Below are positions 52,151 to 64,000 of a stretch of DNA of 64,000 bases, piece after piece. The translations under genes and the position numbers were made by a program. Origin of the DNA: Octopus vulgaris. Its lineage: Eukaryota. Where the stretch lies: contig OX597817.1 in NCBI GenBank assembly GCA_951406725.2, forward strand, positions 175,026,001-175,090,000, given 5' to 3'. The first letter of the stretch is position 1. Every line of letters starts with the position of its first letter. The notes below the pieces were generated by a model that ran no database searches, had not been told where the DNA came from, and saw nothing but the letters and a program-made list of their open reading frames with translations.

Positions 52151-52540
52151 TCTATATATATAAAGCTGAAGTTGTCTGTGTGTGGCAGGTTTGATAGCCT
52201 TCAACTCACACTATCTCCTCCGAGACCTTGCGGCGCAAGTTGACCAAAATTGAGAGTATGATAGAAGAAGGCTTGCTCTTCATTCCGTAGAAGAAAAAAT
52301 TCAAATCGGACCATGTTAAGACCAAAAACTTTTTACATCAAAAAGATGCTTTTTTTCTATGAAAATCCCTATTTTTTATGATTTTTTTACTGCTGTGTCG
52401 CCATTTTTCGGTGTATTTCAACCAGAAAAATGTTCACTCAAAGAAAATAACAAGCTAGAGAATGCAAAATTTTTACTGTTCAAAAATTCCAATTCTAAAG
52501 GGTCGAAACAAACCCGAGCAACACCGGGCGATACTGCTAG
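52151..52540 (+). mobile_element. Non-autonomous Helitron
   Basis: A|TCTATATATATAAAG start; hairpin CCCGAGCAACACCGGG at 52513-52528; CTAG|T end; no TSD. Confidence 0.85.
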
Positions 52541-52989
52541 TATGTAATAAAATTGATACTTGAATTAGGCTAGTTTTCTTGGAAGCGCAACTGGATAAAG
52601 TATATTTGATAGCTATTTTATCAACCCTAGAGGATTATAAGGCAATGTAGATGCAAATGAGAAAGCATGAATGTAAATATCTTAAAACATTTAGTCAAGC
52701 ACTCTTTCATTTATAGTATTTTTTTAATTAAGCAATATCAATTACTCACTTAAGCACAAAACCTGTATATTCATAAAAAGCAAAACAATAAAAAAAAACC
52801 TCAGAAATGAGACAAACATTTATACCTTCACCAGAAGAATTATTAAAGGAAGTGAATTAGTTTCAAATTGGAATCAAAACCAACTCAGAAATTCTCTTCA
52901 CTTGGTGTATTTTTTCTTTATAGCACTGGATATTGTTTTATTTTTTTGTCTTTTTTCTGTGAAATACACATTGAAAATACACATATGTA

Positions 52990-53055
52990 TGCACATGCAA
53001 GTGTGTGTATGCACACGCAAGTGTGTGTATGCACACGCAAGTGTGTGTATGCACA
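52990..53055. repeat. 20-bp minisatellite x3 (GCACACGCAAGTGTGTGTAT)
   Basis: Direct inspection. Confidence 0.85.
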
Positions 53056-54336
53056 TGTGTCTATATACTAATGTTCATGTTTCACTCTACGTGTGCACAT
53101 ATACGAAAGTACATACTTTTTGTGCATGGTATGCACATACATGCATGCGTCTACACATACCTGCATGTGTGTAAGTGTACTCTGTGTCTGACAGTATCTT
53201 AATCTTACATTTTGTTTTGGATAAGCTTCTCATAGTCTAGTAGTAAATTATCCCAGCTATTTTGAATATTGATAAATTTCTCTTCTAAGTCTTTTATGTA
53301 CTTCAAACTATTTTAATACCACTTTGCCAACCTAGTTTCTTCATTCTTTCCACCACCTCTTCCCAGCTCATGCAATCAAGTAAATATTCGGAACATAAAA
53401 TCTTTTACAGTAAGTGGCCAAGATGCTTGACTAAGAAGAGTAATTGTAAATAAATGTGTCAGTTGCAGATACTCGGACTTAATATATCATTTCAGATTTG
53501 AAGAATTTATATTTCTTAAAGTTATTAATATCATCTAGTTATTGGTAAGAAGTTGTAAGTCTCAAGATTAAAATGGAAGGTGAATTAAAGTAAGAGAAAC
53601 TATTTGGCTACATGATGTACAAGGTGCCCAGTGCCCAACATTTGTTACTACAAGTTTTAGCAGTTTCTGATTTTTAAAATTATTATTCATATTCCTTGAC
53701 AATAGCTTTGTTGGACATATTATGTCAAAAGAATCCTTTGGGCCAATCAAATAGTTCACTGAGCCCCAGAAACATTTTAGTGTTATTCTTCATTGTGTGA
53801 AGATGATTTACCATCATAAAAGATTCTTCTGTAAACAGAATTCTTCTTACAAAAGCAAATGCAAATACAAGCCTCTTGGAGAAGTTTCACTGACACAAAA
53901 TATAACAGCTCGTGCTGTTTCTTGTTTTATACACATGGTAAATGTTATGCATACCAGTATTTTAATTTAAGGCTGTTTCAAGTGCAAATATTAATTTTTG
54001 TCCTTGCCTGGTTAGCTTTTGTACAAATCAGTAGATATTTTGTTTATTGATTTCTATATCAGAACAGCTCTGAGTGTCTGGGGTATTTGACACTGAAGAG
54101 ACTAAGTTGTGTTGAAACACCATGTCTGGTGACAAAAGCCCTGTATTTTTAACACACAAGTTTCTTTGGAAAGTTTCTCTGAAAGAAAATATTACAGCTA
54201 GTGTCATTCCATATTTCTATACTCATTATATGTTATACACACTGTTTTTTTTTAAATATGCTAATTTCCAGGCATTGATATTTAATAGTCACTTCTCTAT
54301 TTTAAAACTGCTAGTCTGATGAAAGTCCTGCTACAC

Positions 54337-54538
54337 CAGGGGTTCTCAACCATTTTTTATCCATGGACTTCTGTGATTTCTATTTTACTTGGGTGGACCC
54401 TTATAACCATTCATGTTTAAAAAAATCCCATTATATTGTGTACTGTTGAAGTATAATTAATTCATTGGAGATAAATTTTATCAACAAACTCCTATGTGAA
54501 CCCCAAAGGGTCATATGGACCCTTGTTGAGAATCACTG
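54337..54538. mobile_element. hAT-type MITE
   Basis: CAGGGGTTCTCAAC ... GTTGAGAATCACTG (12/14 TIR); degenerate ~8-bp TSD CTGCTACAC/CTGTATAC. Confidence 0.75.
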
Positions 54539-54884
54539 CTGTATACCCTCTTAGATTTGCGATCAAGTTTGATGGAATGTGGTTGATGTTAATATTTGAT
54601 GTAGATTGTTGCATGTTGATACTTGCAGCATTTTTATATTCTTTGTTTATTGTGTTACACTATTGTGTAATACAGTCTAGTGAGGATGAAAGGCAAAGTT
54701 GACGTTGGTGGGTTTTGAACACAAATGATTCTTTCATATTGTCATATGGCTAGGCATTTGTAAAGGATGGAATATAGTTGATTAAATGGTTACAACTTAT
54801 TTCATCAATCCTGAAGGGATAAAAGACAAATTCAACTCCATCAAGGTTTAAATTCAGTACCTTGTAGTAAAGTAACAGGTAAAA

Positions 54885-55125
54885 CTGCCTTCTCAAATCA
54901 TACCAACTCATAAGGGCTGGTTTCCTACTTTCATGGCATATATATTCCCCACTTGGATGAGATGCCAGTCTGTCATAAGATTACTCATTTTGTTAGCTGA
55001 GTGGACTGGAGCAACATGACATGAAGTGCTTTGCTCAAGAATACAATGCATTGCCCAGTCCAGGAATTGAAACCACAATCTTATGATCGTAAATCCAACA
55101 CCCTAACTACTGAGCACTAACCACT
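54885..55125 (-). mobile_element. tRNA-derived SINE with family-C head/core and a different tail
   Basis: Minus strand TTGTATTCTTGAGCAAAGCACTT..CCAGTCCACTCAGC matches 26297-26350. Confidence 0.65.
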
Positions 55126-56123
55126 GAATACTTTGGTACATTTAACCCTTTTGTTACCAAGCTGTTTCTACTGAAATACATTGCATTTTTTCCTAAGTAA
55201 TTTTGAAAATAATAAAGAATTTAGTAAAATAACTTGTTACAAAACAGGTTGGAACATTTTGATGGAAGGTTTTACTTTAAATGATTTTAAGACTGGAAGT
55301 TTGCATCATAGAACCAGGTTGTCTTGAGTAGGTTGGTATCAGAAGAGTTGGTCTCATGGGCTATCTTTGTTATTTTTTTATTCCGGGTATATGGAATGCC
55401 ATAAAAAACCGTTTCAGGTTGTTATTCATGTGCAGGATGTATAATGACACAAGACCTTAAGATGTGCTCTTCATCATGGTTTTTGATTCCCTGAGAATTT
55501 TAGTTCTGAGTGAAGGAGGTTAGACTTTTCTTGAGGGTTTATTATTTACTATTTTATAAGCAACAAATTTTGTAGAAGCCCTTTCTTTATCAATTTTATT
55601 TATTAGATGTTAACCCTTGTATTGCTTATTCAAATTTCATGTGAGTTCATGGCATTTTTCTAAATGATTTTAGTAAGTTATATATATTTAGTTATTCTTT
55701 TAGAAACTACATTTTTGATCCATTTTCCATTCTAGCATGAACTGCTATATATTTTTTGTTTAATCATTTATTTATTTTATTGCAAAAATTTTAATATTTT
55801 TAAACATAATATTAAAACAGTTATTTTTTTTCTGCCAATCTGGATTTAGTAAGGTTTGAACTCATGACTATAATCATTAATAATCCACTAATAATTGGTG
55901 TCTCGTGAACAATTGGCAAAACTTTGTTGAACATATTGATGCTCATAAAGGTGTATTTGTATTTGTTTTACAGAACATTTTTGTTCAGATATATGGTGGT
56001 GCCCCAGCATGGCCACAGCTCGTGAGCTGAAACTAGATAAAATAAAAATAAAAAATATAACCAATATGAGATTAAATTTAGTATTTTATACTAAAATATT
56101 TATGTTTACAAAACATAAACATA

Positions 56124-56422
56124 CAGGCACAGTTGTGGCTGTGTGGTAAGAAGCTATTTTCCCAACCATGTGGTCTTGGGTTCAGTCTCACTGTACTGCA
56201 TGTTGGTCAAGTGCCTTCTACTATTGCTCCAGGCAATAGTATTGCAACTGGTATTAGTTTGTTTATGTCCCTGTAACTTAGCAGTTTGGCTTAAGAGACC
56301 AATAGAATAATTTCCAGGCTTTAAAAAAAATAAGTATTGGGGTTGACTAGTTCAACTAAAACCCTTCAATGCAGTGTCAAGTGGAGATGGGGGACAAACA
56401 CAAGCAAAGGCACTCATTTATA

Positions 56423-56465
<43 letters not shown>

Positions 56466-56660
56466 CTCTCTCCCTTCTCCTCTCCCTCCCCTATCTTCCC
56501 CTCTCTCCCCTCCCCCCCTCTATATAATTGACGAGCTTCTTTCAGGTTTTGTCTACCAAATCCACTCACAGGGCTTTGGTTGGCTAGGGTTCTATGCAGT
56601 AAGACTGAACTCAAGATCATGTGGTTCAAAAGCTAGCTTCTCAACCACACAGCCACGTTG
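56124..56660. mobile_element. Two convergent SINE A fragments
   Basis: Plus copy 56124-56375; minus copy 56378-56660. Confidence 0.7.
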
Positions 56661-57772
56661 CCATGCTTCCACTTATGTTGATAATTCTGTAACAACCACA
56701 AGATATAATAACTGTTTGCATACAATAACTTTGTTCAAATGCATGGAATCCTTTGTGCTTAGCCAAACTTTCAGTTTTGTTCTTCCCTTCCCACAAGAAC
56801 ATAGTTTTTAAAGCATCAAGAATTATCAACAGTAGGCATGATAGGGTTAAAAATAATCTGAATGGATTAGTCAAAGGTCATGGCTATCAGCGTCAGAATA
56901 TAAACAAGGAAAAGATTTTGTACTCAAATCTGCCATAACATCAAAAGCAGAATCAAAATAAACAAATGCTTCTTCTATGAATTCTGTATTATTTTGCTTC
57001 TGTTGTCAGCTGTCAAGACATTAATACAAAATAATTACTTTCAGGAGGTGAATTCATTTCTGATTCAATTTCTATTGAAGTCCTAGCAAAGACTAAAACA
57101 GAATATAATGTGAAATTATAACTAGGATACTATTTATTGTCTACTAAATATACATCATCATATGTTTTTATATCTTGTTGTTCAGTTGGTAATAACTATG
57201 GCAAAGTTCCAGGTTTAACTTATAAAAAAATATAGGTGTTAAATAGAGGTGTTTTCTTGTATGTTTTCCAATTAGCTGTTTCTCGTGTGAAAAAAGCCAA
57301 GTATCACCCTATGAATATCTATGACAATGCCGGCATTCTTAAGTTATATTTAACCTAGTCAAACATGCAATAACATTGAAAAGTTTATTATAGTCAACTT
57401 GACCTCTTTGGACAACTTAAATATTGTTCTACAGGTGGAAACATGATAGGCTTTCAATGACTGATTGCTGATGGTAGAACTAGGTCAAGAAAAACCTGCA
57501 ATGAAAGCTGTTGCAAAATGAATCACCTGTCTAATGTGCTAAGTTAAGCAATGCCTTGCTGTTTGAAGGAGAGGGAATGACAAAGAAGAAGAAGAAAGAG
57601 CAGGATAAAAGAGACTAAGAACATTTTAAGTTGCTGCGGCTTTGGCTACAACAGAATAAACTTGACTGTGTTTATTAAATACATGAATGTTTGAGATGAG
57701 TTATTGTTAATGCAATTATGATATTTCGGACTTTTAACCTCAATTTTAGTGTTGAGATATCATCATTATCAC

Positions 57773-57811
<39 letters not shown>

Positions 57812-58576
57812 GTTGGACTGCAAACAAATGGCATTGTCAAGAAGCCAGTGTTTACAAACCAGCAAAGATAAAGGAAATTTGAACTCACACAAACACACAG
57901 ATGTGCATACACACAGACACACACACACACAGACACACACACACACACATGACACATATGGTATGTTACTTTCAGTTTCTGTATAATATATTCACTCACG
58001 AAGCTTTAGTTGGCCTAAGGCTATAGCAGAAGACTCTTGCTCAAAGTACCATGCAGTAGAACTGAACCTGAAGCAACATAAGTTGAGAAACGATCTACAA
58101 TACATTCACTACACCTTCATAATGTTGGCCACTGATCCTCATCAGGTGACTTGTATGAGTTTATAATAACAGACTGGATTCAAACTAAGAGCCTTGTTTT
58201 CTAAACTAATGAAGATAACACAGGCTTCTTTTAGTTTCTGTCAATCAAATCTGCTCATAAGGCTTTAATTGGACTGGAGTTATGGTTGATGACAACTGTG
58301 TAAGGTGTCATCTTATACAGGGACTTAACCCTTTCTCAACTACACAGCTATACATGTACCTCCATTCAACAATATGGCTGCTGGAAAATACTTTAGGACT
58401 GTATTACTTACTAAGAACAAATATGGTATAGTCTTTGCAAATTTAATACAGTGATCTGAAAAGCTTTAAAAGCTTCAAAAGCAATTGCCAAGGGAGACAA
58501 CTCCACTAAATATAAATCCGAATTTTTAATAATATAGAAAATGAATCAGATCTGGTCATTATACAAACTGCTGAAA

Positions 58577-58623
58577 AATATGAGCATGTGTTTCAGTCTT
58601 GTTAGACTTCAACAGAGCATATT
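58577..58623 (-). ncRNA. Degenerate minimal hammerhead-like motif (CUGUUGA core)
   Basis: Minus strand AATATG-CT-CTGTTGA-AGTCT(AACA)AGACT-GAAA-CACATG-CT-CATATT; cleavage-site region imperfect. Confidence 0.35.
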
Positions 58624-58859
58624 CCACTCAAATGGTTAAACTAAGAGAAATCAATATAAATAGAAGAAAGTTAGTGTTGCTGATTAGGGATATGAACTGT
58701 ATTGCTGCGGGAAAAATACATCAGGAAAGGGTAGTCTTTTGTACACTGAATACCATTATTAGGATTTCACTTGTTTAATATAATGAACTGAAAACCTTCA
58801 ATTAACTGAGATTTATCAGTTAATTAAACAAAAATTTCTTCTAGGAGTGTGTCTAAAAC

Positions 58860-58911
<52 letters not shown>

Positions 58912-59110
58912 AGGATGTCAGTAAAATCAATTGAAGTTTTTGGGAAATAGAGAAAATGCTGTGTAGGAGTGGATTTGGTTGTTATGCTAACTAATAAAAA
59001 TAATGGCTGTATTTTGGTCTTATTAAATCTCTTCACTGAAGCATGTTCTAAGACTAAAACTAATATTAAGAGTGATCTGTAGAAACAGAGAATACAGTGA
59101 TTTTGATTAA

Positions 59111-59300
59111 AGGTGCAGGTATGTTATTGTGGTTAAGAAGCTTACTTCTGGCTATGTAGTTTCAGGTTCAGTTCTGTTGCGAGGTACTTTGGAGAAATGT
59201 CTTCTACTATTGCTCACGACCGAAGAAGCCCTTGTGAATAGATTTTGTAGATGGGAACTGAAAGAAGCCCATCGTGTGCGTACCTGTGTGTGTGTCATGT
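59111..59300 (+). mobile_element. SINE A, 5' half
   Basis: Homology to 43195-43360. Confidence 0.8.
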
Positions 59301-59331
59301 GCCTGTGTGTGTATGCGTGTGTGTGTATATA

Positions 59332-59362
<31 letters not shown>

Positions 59363-59724
59363 TGGTAAAAACAGTGAAATAACAAAAGAAAGAAAGAGAC
59401 CTCAATATTATGTAAATAGAGGAAATTTATCTATAAAATAATATGTTACATTACTCAATAGTCAAGATAAAACTCTGAGTTTCAGATGCCGAAGTGGAAA
59501 TCCACAACGTCATCTCTTCGGTTATCTGGCCATCTGAAAAACGCTATGAAAAAATACCGTTATATAAAAGGAAATTACTATAATTTCCCTTTATATAACG
59601 GTATTTTTTCATAGCGTTTTTCAGATGGCCAGATAACCGAAGAGATGACGTTGTGGATTTCCACTTCGGCATCTGAAACTCAGAGTTTTATCTTGACTAT
59701 TGAGTAATGTAACATATTATTTTA
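59363..59724. mobile_element. Penelope-like terminal element with near-perfect 144-bp-arm palindrome, in (TA)n
   Basis: Arms 59434-59577 and 59581-59724, 3-nt spacer, one mismatch; homologous to 22571-22758. Confidence 0.8.
59631..59693 (+). ncRNA. Type I hammerhead-like motif (mirrored on minus strand at 59465-59527)
   Basis: AGATAA-CCGAAGA-GATGAC(...)GGCATC-T-GAAA-CTC-A-GAG-TT-TTATCT; all three helices pair; core has U4C. Confidence 0.55.
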
Positions 59725-59856
59725 GATATATATATATATATACATATACACATACATATATATATAATGTATATATGTATATATATATATATATATATGC
59801 ATGCATATACATTCATACATACATGCACACACACACACATACACACATATATATAT

Positions 59857-60125
59857 CATCATCATCGTTTAACGCCTGCTTTCCATGCTGGCATAGGTTG
59901 GGCAGTTTGACTGAGGCTGGCAAGCCTGGTGGCTGCTCCAGGCTCCAATCTATTCTGGTAAGGTTTCTATAGCTGGATGTCTTTCCTAATGCCAACCACT
60001 CTGAGAATGTAGTGGGTGGTTGTTATGTGCCACTGGCACAGGGCCAGTCAGGTGGCACTGGCATCGACCATACTCGAGTGGTGCTTATTGCGTGCCACCG
60101 GCATGGGAGCCAGTCAGGCAGCACT
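59857..60125 (-). mobile_element. RTE 3' UTR/tail
   Basis: Reverse complement of 19400-19674 type. Confidence 0.8.
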
Positions 60126-60239
60126 GATATATATATATATGTGTGTGTACACAGACACACACACGTGTATACAGGGTTGTACTCCAGCCTGGCCACAGTC
60201 TAATGACTGAAACAAGAGAATAAAAGTATATGTATATAT

Positions 60240-60510
60240 GTTGATGTGTGTGTTTGTGTTTCTGCTTGTCCCTTGAAGTCATGGCATAGTCATAAACAAA
60301 CATCACTGTCATACAAGCTGAGTTCCTCATTATCAGCTTCCTACGTAAGCATGTCTGGTCATGGGGAAATATTGCCTTGCTTGGAAACAGGTCAGGGTTG
60401 GCAACAAGGATGACATCTAACTGTTGGAAACTTGTCTCAATGAATTCTTTCAGACCCATGCAAGCATGGAGAAAATATGAATATTAGAATGTTGATGATG
60501 ATGATGGTGG
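60240..60510 (+). mobile_element. RTE-tailed SINE, 3' part
   Basis: Homology to 22075-22290 and 29410-29615. Confidence 0.7.
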
Positions 60511-61106
60511 TGGTGAAGAAGAGGAGGAGGAGGAGACCTTATCATACAGATTTAATGAATCTTCTCAAATAATACCTTGCAGTAAACTAGAGACAATGGG
60601 TTTTGGTTTCACCAAAATTAAAACCTACTCAGAAAGGATTAGGACTTAAACTTACATATCTAACATATCCTGTATAATGAAGAAATTAAGAAGCCTCTGG
60701 GGAATAGAAGAGCATTGAAAAAAAAAATTGGAGAATATCTGAGCATTTATATTGTGATGAAGGAAATTTTCGTAATTGACAGAAAATGCAGAAAGAATAA
60801 AACCAAAGTAGTAGAATTGCTGAGAGTCTAATCAGTAAGCTCAATGTTGTTATCAATTTAATATGGCTCTCTTTAGCAAAAAATATGTTTAGCTAAGCTA
60901 AGAATGTAGCATTAAATATACATGTATCTGTGGTGTAAATGGATAAGAGCTATATCTAGTTCAAATCCAGCCAGAAATAAGACAACTATAACAATTGAAG
61001 TACAAATTGATCAAAACTTACTTGTAGTTGTAAATATAAAAAAAAAAACCCATAATTTTTAAAGCTGTGATGAATAGACCAATATACATACATATATATC
61101 TATATC

Positions 61107-61384
61107 TAGGAGATGGAGTAGATGAAATCCAGGTTACATATGTTTCCTAGCTAGCAGAACTTCAGAAGTAGTAACTACCCAAATGAGGGGTGCTCTGCTA
61201 GCTACTCTATCAATTCTCCTGCAAGTTAACATGGGATCTCTTGACAAGGTAACCTTCATTTGACTAAGGTAATTTTGGCCTGATGAGTAGCTAGTAGAGT
61301 ACCCCTCATTTAGTTAATTAGTACTTCCGAGGTTCTGCTAGCTAGGAAGCATATATAGCCTGGATTTTATATACGCCATTCCTT
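61107..61384. mobile_element. Long-TIR MITE (possibly Kolobok-like)
   Basis: ~100-bp arms 61107-61207 and 61285-61384, roughly 85% complementary; right end CC|TTAA. Confidence 0.7.
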
Positions 61385-63182
61385 AAATTTGGATTTTCAC
61401 ATACACAGCAACCCCAGTTGCTAACTGTGAATTATAAAATAACTTTTTGCAGCTTAATGAACTTCAAGATGGGAAAAGTTTATAACCTTCTATATCAATA
61501 GGCCACTATTGTTCCTAGAAAGTTGTTTTTTATACCTTCTACAAACTGCTTGAAGCTTACTAACTTCCTACACTTGGATCCTTGGATCTTACCTTTACAC
61601 ACACATATATACATATGTGATTATATTTTACTGACTCTGTTTCATTCATTCCAAACCTGTAATACATAAACATGAGATTAAAAGTACATGGTTTAATATT
61701 TGATTTTTTGTCTCTTCTATTCCCTTTCCTTTACTTGTAGAATATCTTTAAAATTTATTTTGCTAGCAAATCAAAATAACCGTGCTTATTTTTCTTATTT
61801 TTCTGATGCATTCTTTTATAGATTCTTCATCTCTAACAATACATTTATTCAATGTTGTTATGTAAGCTCTGGCTACAGTGTGAAAATTTGAATAAGAAAG
61901 AACAGCTATATTATTGGAATAGAAATATAAAAACTTGAAGCAAACGAACACATCCCTTTATCAAACGTATTCTTTAAAGATTACATATTCAATATATTTG
62001 TATGCAAGTCTTTCTCCTTGCATCTAAAAAGAGAGAAAAAAAAAAGAAGAAATTTCCAATTGTGCTTCACATTGTTGAATAATTCTGGTCAACTCTTCAA
62101 TGGTATTGGTTACCTCTTGAAGGCTTAGAAGCAACCCATAGGCTTTTCCCCACCTCTGTAAATTTCCTTTGTCATGTTTCAATTTGGTATGGATCACACT
62201 TATAGTTTCTCATGCTGTGGTTGCTCTCTAGGATATAGGATGACAGTAAGGGCTTGTTTATTAGATATTCTTCTGGTCCAGTGGATCTTCTCTATAGTTG
62301 TTCGATCTGTTTAAATATAGCAAACCAAATTTCTATAAAAGTCTCTACTGCCTTTAAAATGGGCAACCACATGATAGCTGAAGAATCTCAGTTTCTGTTA
62401 AAATCCATATTGATTCAGCTATGTATTCCAATGTATAAATATTGAATTTTGCTTGTGAAATGAATTATTGAGAAGAGCTGGTTTTTTTAAATCTCCCATG
62501 GATGTCAGTGATTTAACTATTGCACTTGATATATGTAGTTTTCATAACTCTAGATAAGCAAAAAACATTTACGATTAACAACCAAATCAGTAATGTGTGA
62601 ACTATTTTCGGTTCTCAACTAAAAGTTATCACTAGTTATACTTTATTCATCTTCTTCTATAAAAACAAAACAATGATTTACTGTCTCATTCTCAGAAAAA
62701 TAACCTGTTTGTTTTCTTTTTCTCTTTTGAATACTATTTGTAAAATGTTTATGATTTCCATGGATTTCACAAATATCTTTAAAACTTGATTTTCTGCTTG
62801 TTTAAGGAATTGTTTGAGAACAGCATTGCATTTATTTACTCCTTTTGTTTGTATGTTTTCCTCTTTAGCTTTCTTCTTTCATTCATTCTCAATTTCTTTT
62901 CTTTGTTTTTCTTTAAATATTTAGCTATGTGTAAAAGCTGTGAAGCTTGGATAACATGTTCTTGATATATTATCTGCTGAGAAAATGTATGAGTCTAGAT
63001 GTACCATTGATTATATATTAAAAGATGAAGCCCATTATTAATAATACAGTTCATGTAATGAATGAGTAAATAAGGAAATAAAATACTTAATAGTATGTAG
63101 ATATAGCAATAAAATTATACGTATTCTTTTTATTTTCATAGATTTATTTGTATGCCTGCATGTGTATGTATATGTATGTCTC

Positions 63183-63219
<37 letters not shown>

Positions 63220-63534
63220 TGAAAAATGTATGTTCAAAACATGTGTTTCTATGTTTATATTTATAAGTTTTATATTTCATGTTTCCATGGTAGAATGAGT
63301 AGGCTGGTTTCACAAATTTCAATATTTAGGAAAACTGATTTTCCACTCAAATGCCAGTGGTGTGTTATTTATCTTCAGTGTGTCTTGAGTAGGAGGAGCA
63401 CAGCATTAATGCTTCCAGTAGGGTCAGATGTTGTTAGTGATCTATTACTATAAACCTTTCAGCTATTATACATATAAATATATGTTTGTCTTTATGGTAT
63501 GTAAAAATACATGTATTTTGTAGATATTTAATTG

Positions 63535-63705
63535 GATGCAACTATAGCTGTGTGGTTAAGAAGCTTGCTTTGCAACCATGTGATTTTGGGTTCAGTCCTA
63601 CTGCATGGCACTTTGGGCAACTGTCTTCTATTATAGCCTTGGGCTGACAAATGCCTTGTCAGTGAATGTGAATGGCAGAAGCTAGGTGGAAGCTTATCAT
63701 ATAAT
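63535..63705 (+). mobile_element. SINE A, 5' half
   Basis: TAGCTGTGTGGTTAAG..GGGTTCAGTCCTACTGCATGGCAC. Confidence 0.8.
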
Positions 63706-64000
63706 GTACATGTATCTTTGTGTTTTGACTTTTGAACAGGACACTTCATTCTAACATTTCTCAGTATCTAGTGGTTGTCAGTATGTACCAGTATACTGTC
63801 TGGGGAATTACAACCGTGTTTCGTGGTCTGCTACCACAACAGCTCCTTTATGGGATCCAGCTGGCTCAAGACATCATCAGGAGGAACTGAACTAGTGTCT
63901 TAACTTGTGAAAAAAAATATCTGATTCCTTTTCCTTGTAAATCTTAAGCTTATGAACCCTTGTGGTTTATGAAGATATCGTATAATCTAACTTAATTTGT

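Noticed and set aside
1-64000. Prokaryotic-type operon or defence system built from the RT and GIY-YIG ORFs
   Set aside because: These are separate, broken eukaryotic retroelement fragments about 10 kb apart.

Overview
AT-rich, repeat-saturated animal genomic DNA. The SINE set, RTE/(GAT)n tails, TTAA-MITEs and microsatellite density suggest an octopus or other coleoid cephalopod; this is an inference from repeat style. I found no intact host protein-coding gene, and nearly all ORF-track entries are microsatellite or repeat artefacts. The window is probably intronic or intergenic; a few splice-signal-bounded candidates hint at 5'-UTR exons of a large + strand gene. Supported content: (1) fragments of RTE, R4/Dong, CR1 and probable L1/Tx1 LINEs; (2) a 5'-truncated Penelope-like element (RT C-terminus + GIY-YIG) ending in a minimal hammerhead-ribozyme motif; (3) an internally deleted mariner, a mariner MITE nested in a hAT/Charlie MITE, two non-autonomous Helitrons, many piggyBac-type TTAA MITEs and a long-TIR MITE; (4) dozens of tRNA-derived SINEs. 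The most unusual signals are hammerhead-bearing retroelement ends that form fold-back palindromes (a 144-bp-arm near-perfect one at 59.4-59.7 kb, an older one at 22.6 kb centred on ribozyme stem II), and recurrent non-canonical hammerhead cores (CUGUNGA, CCGAAGA). Family names come from recalled motifs, not database searches.
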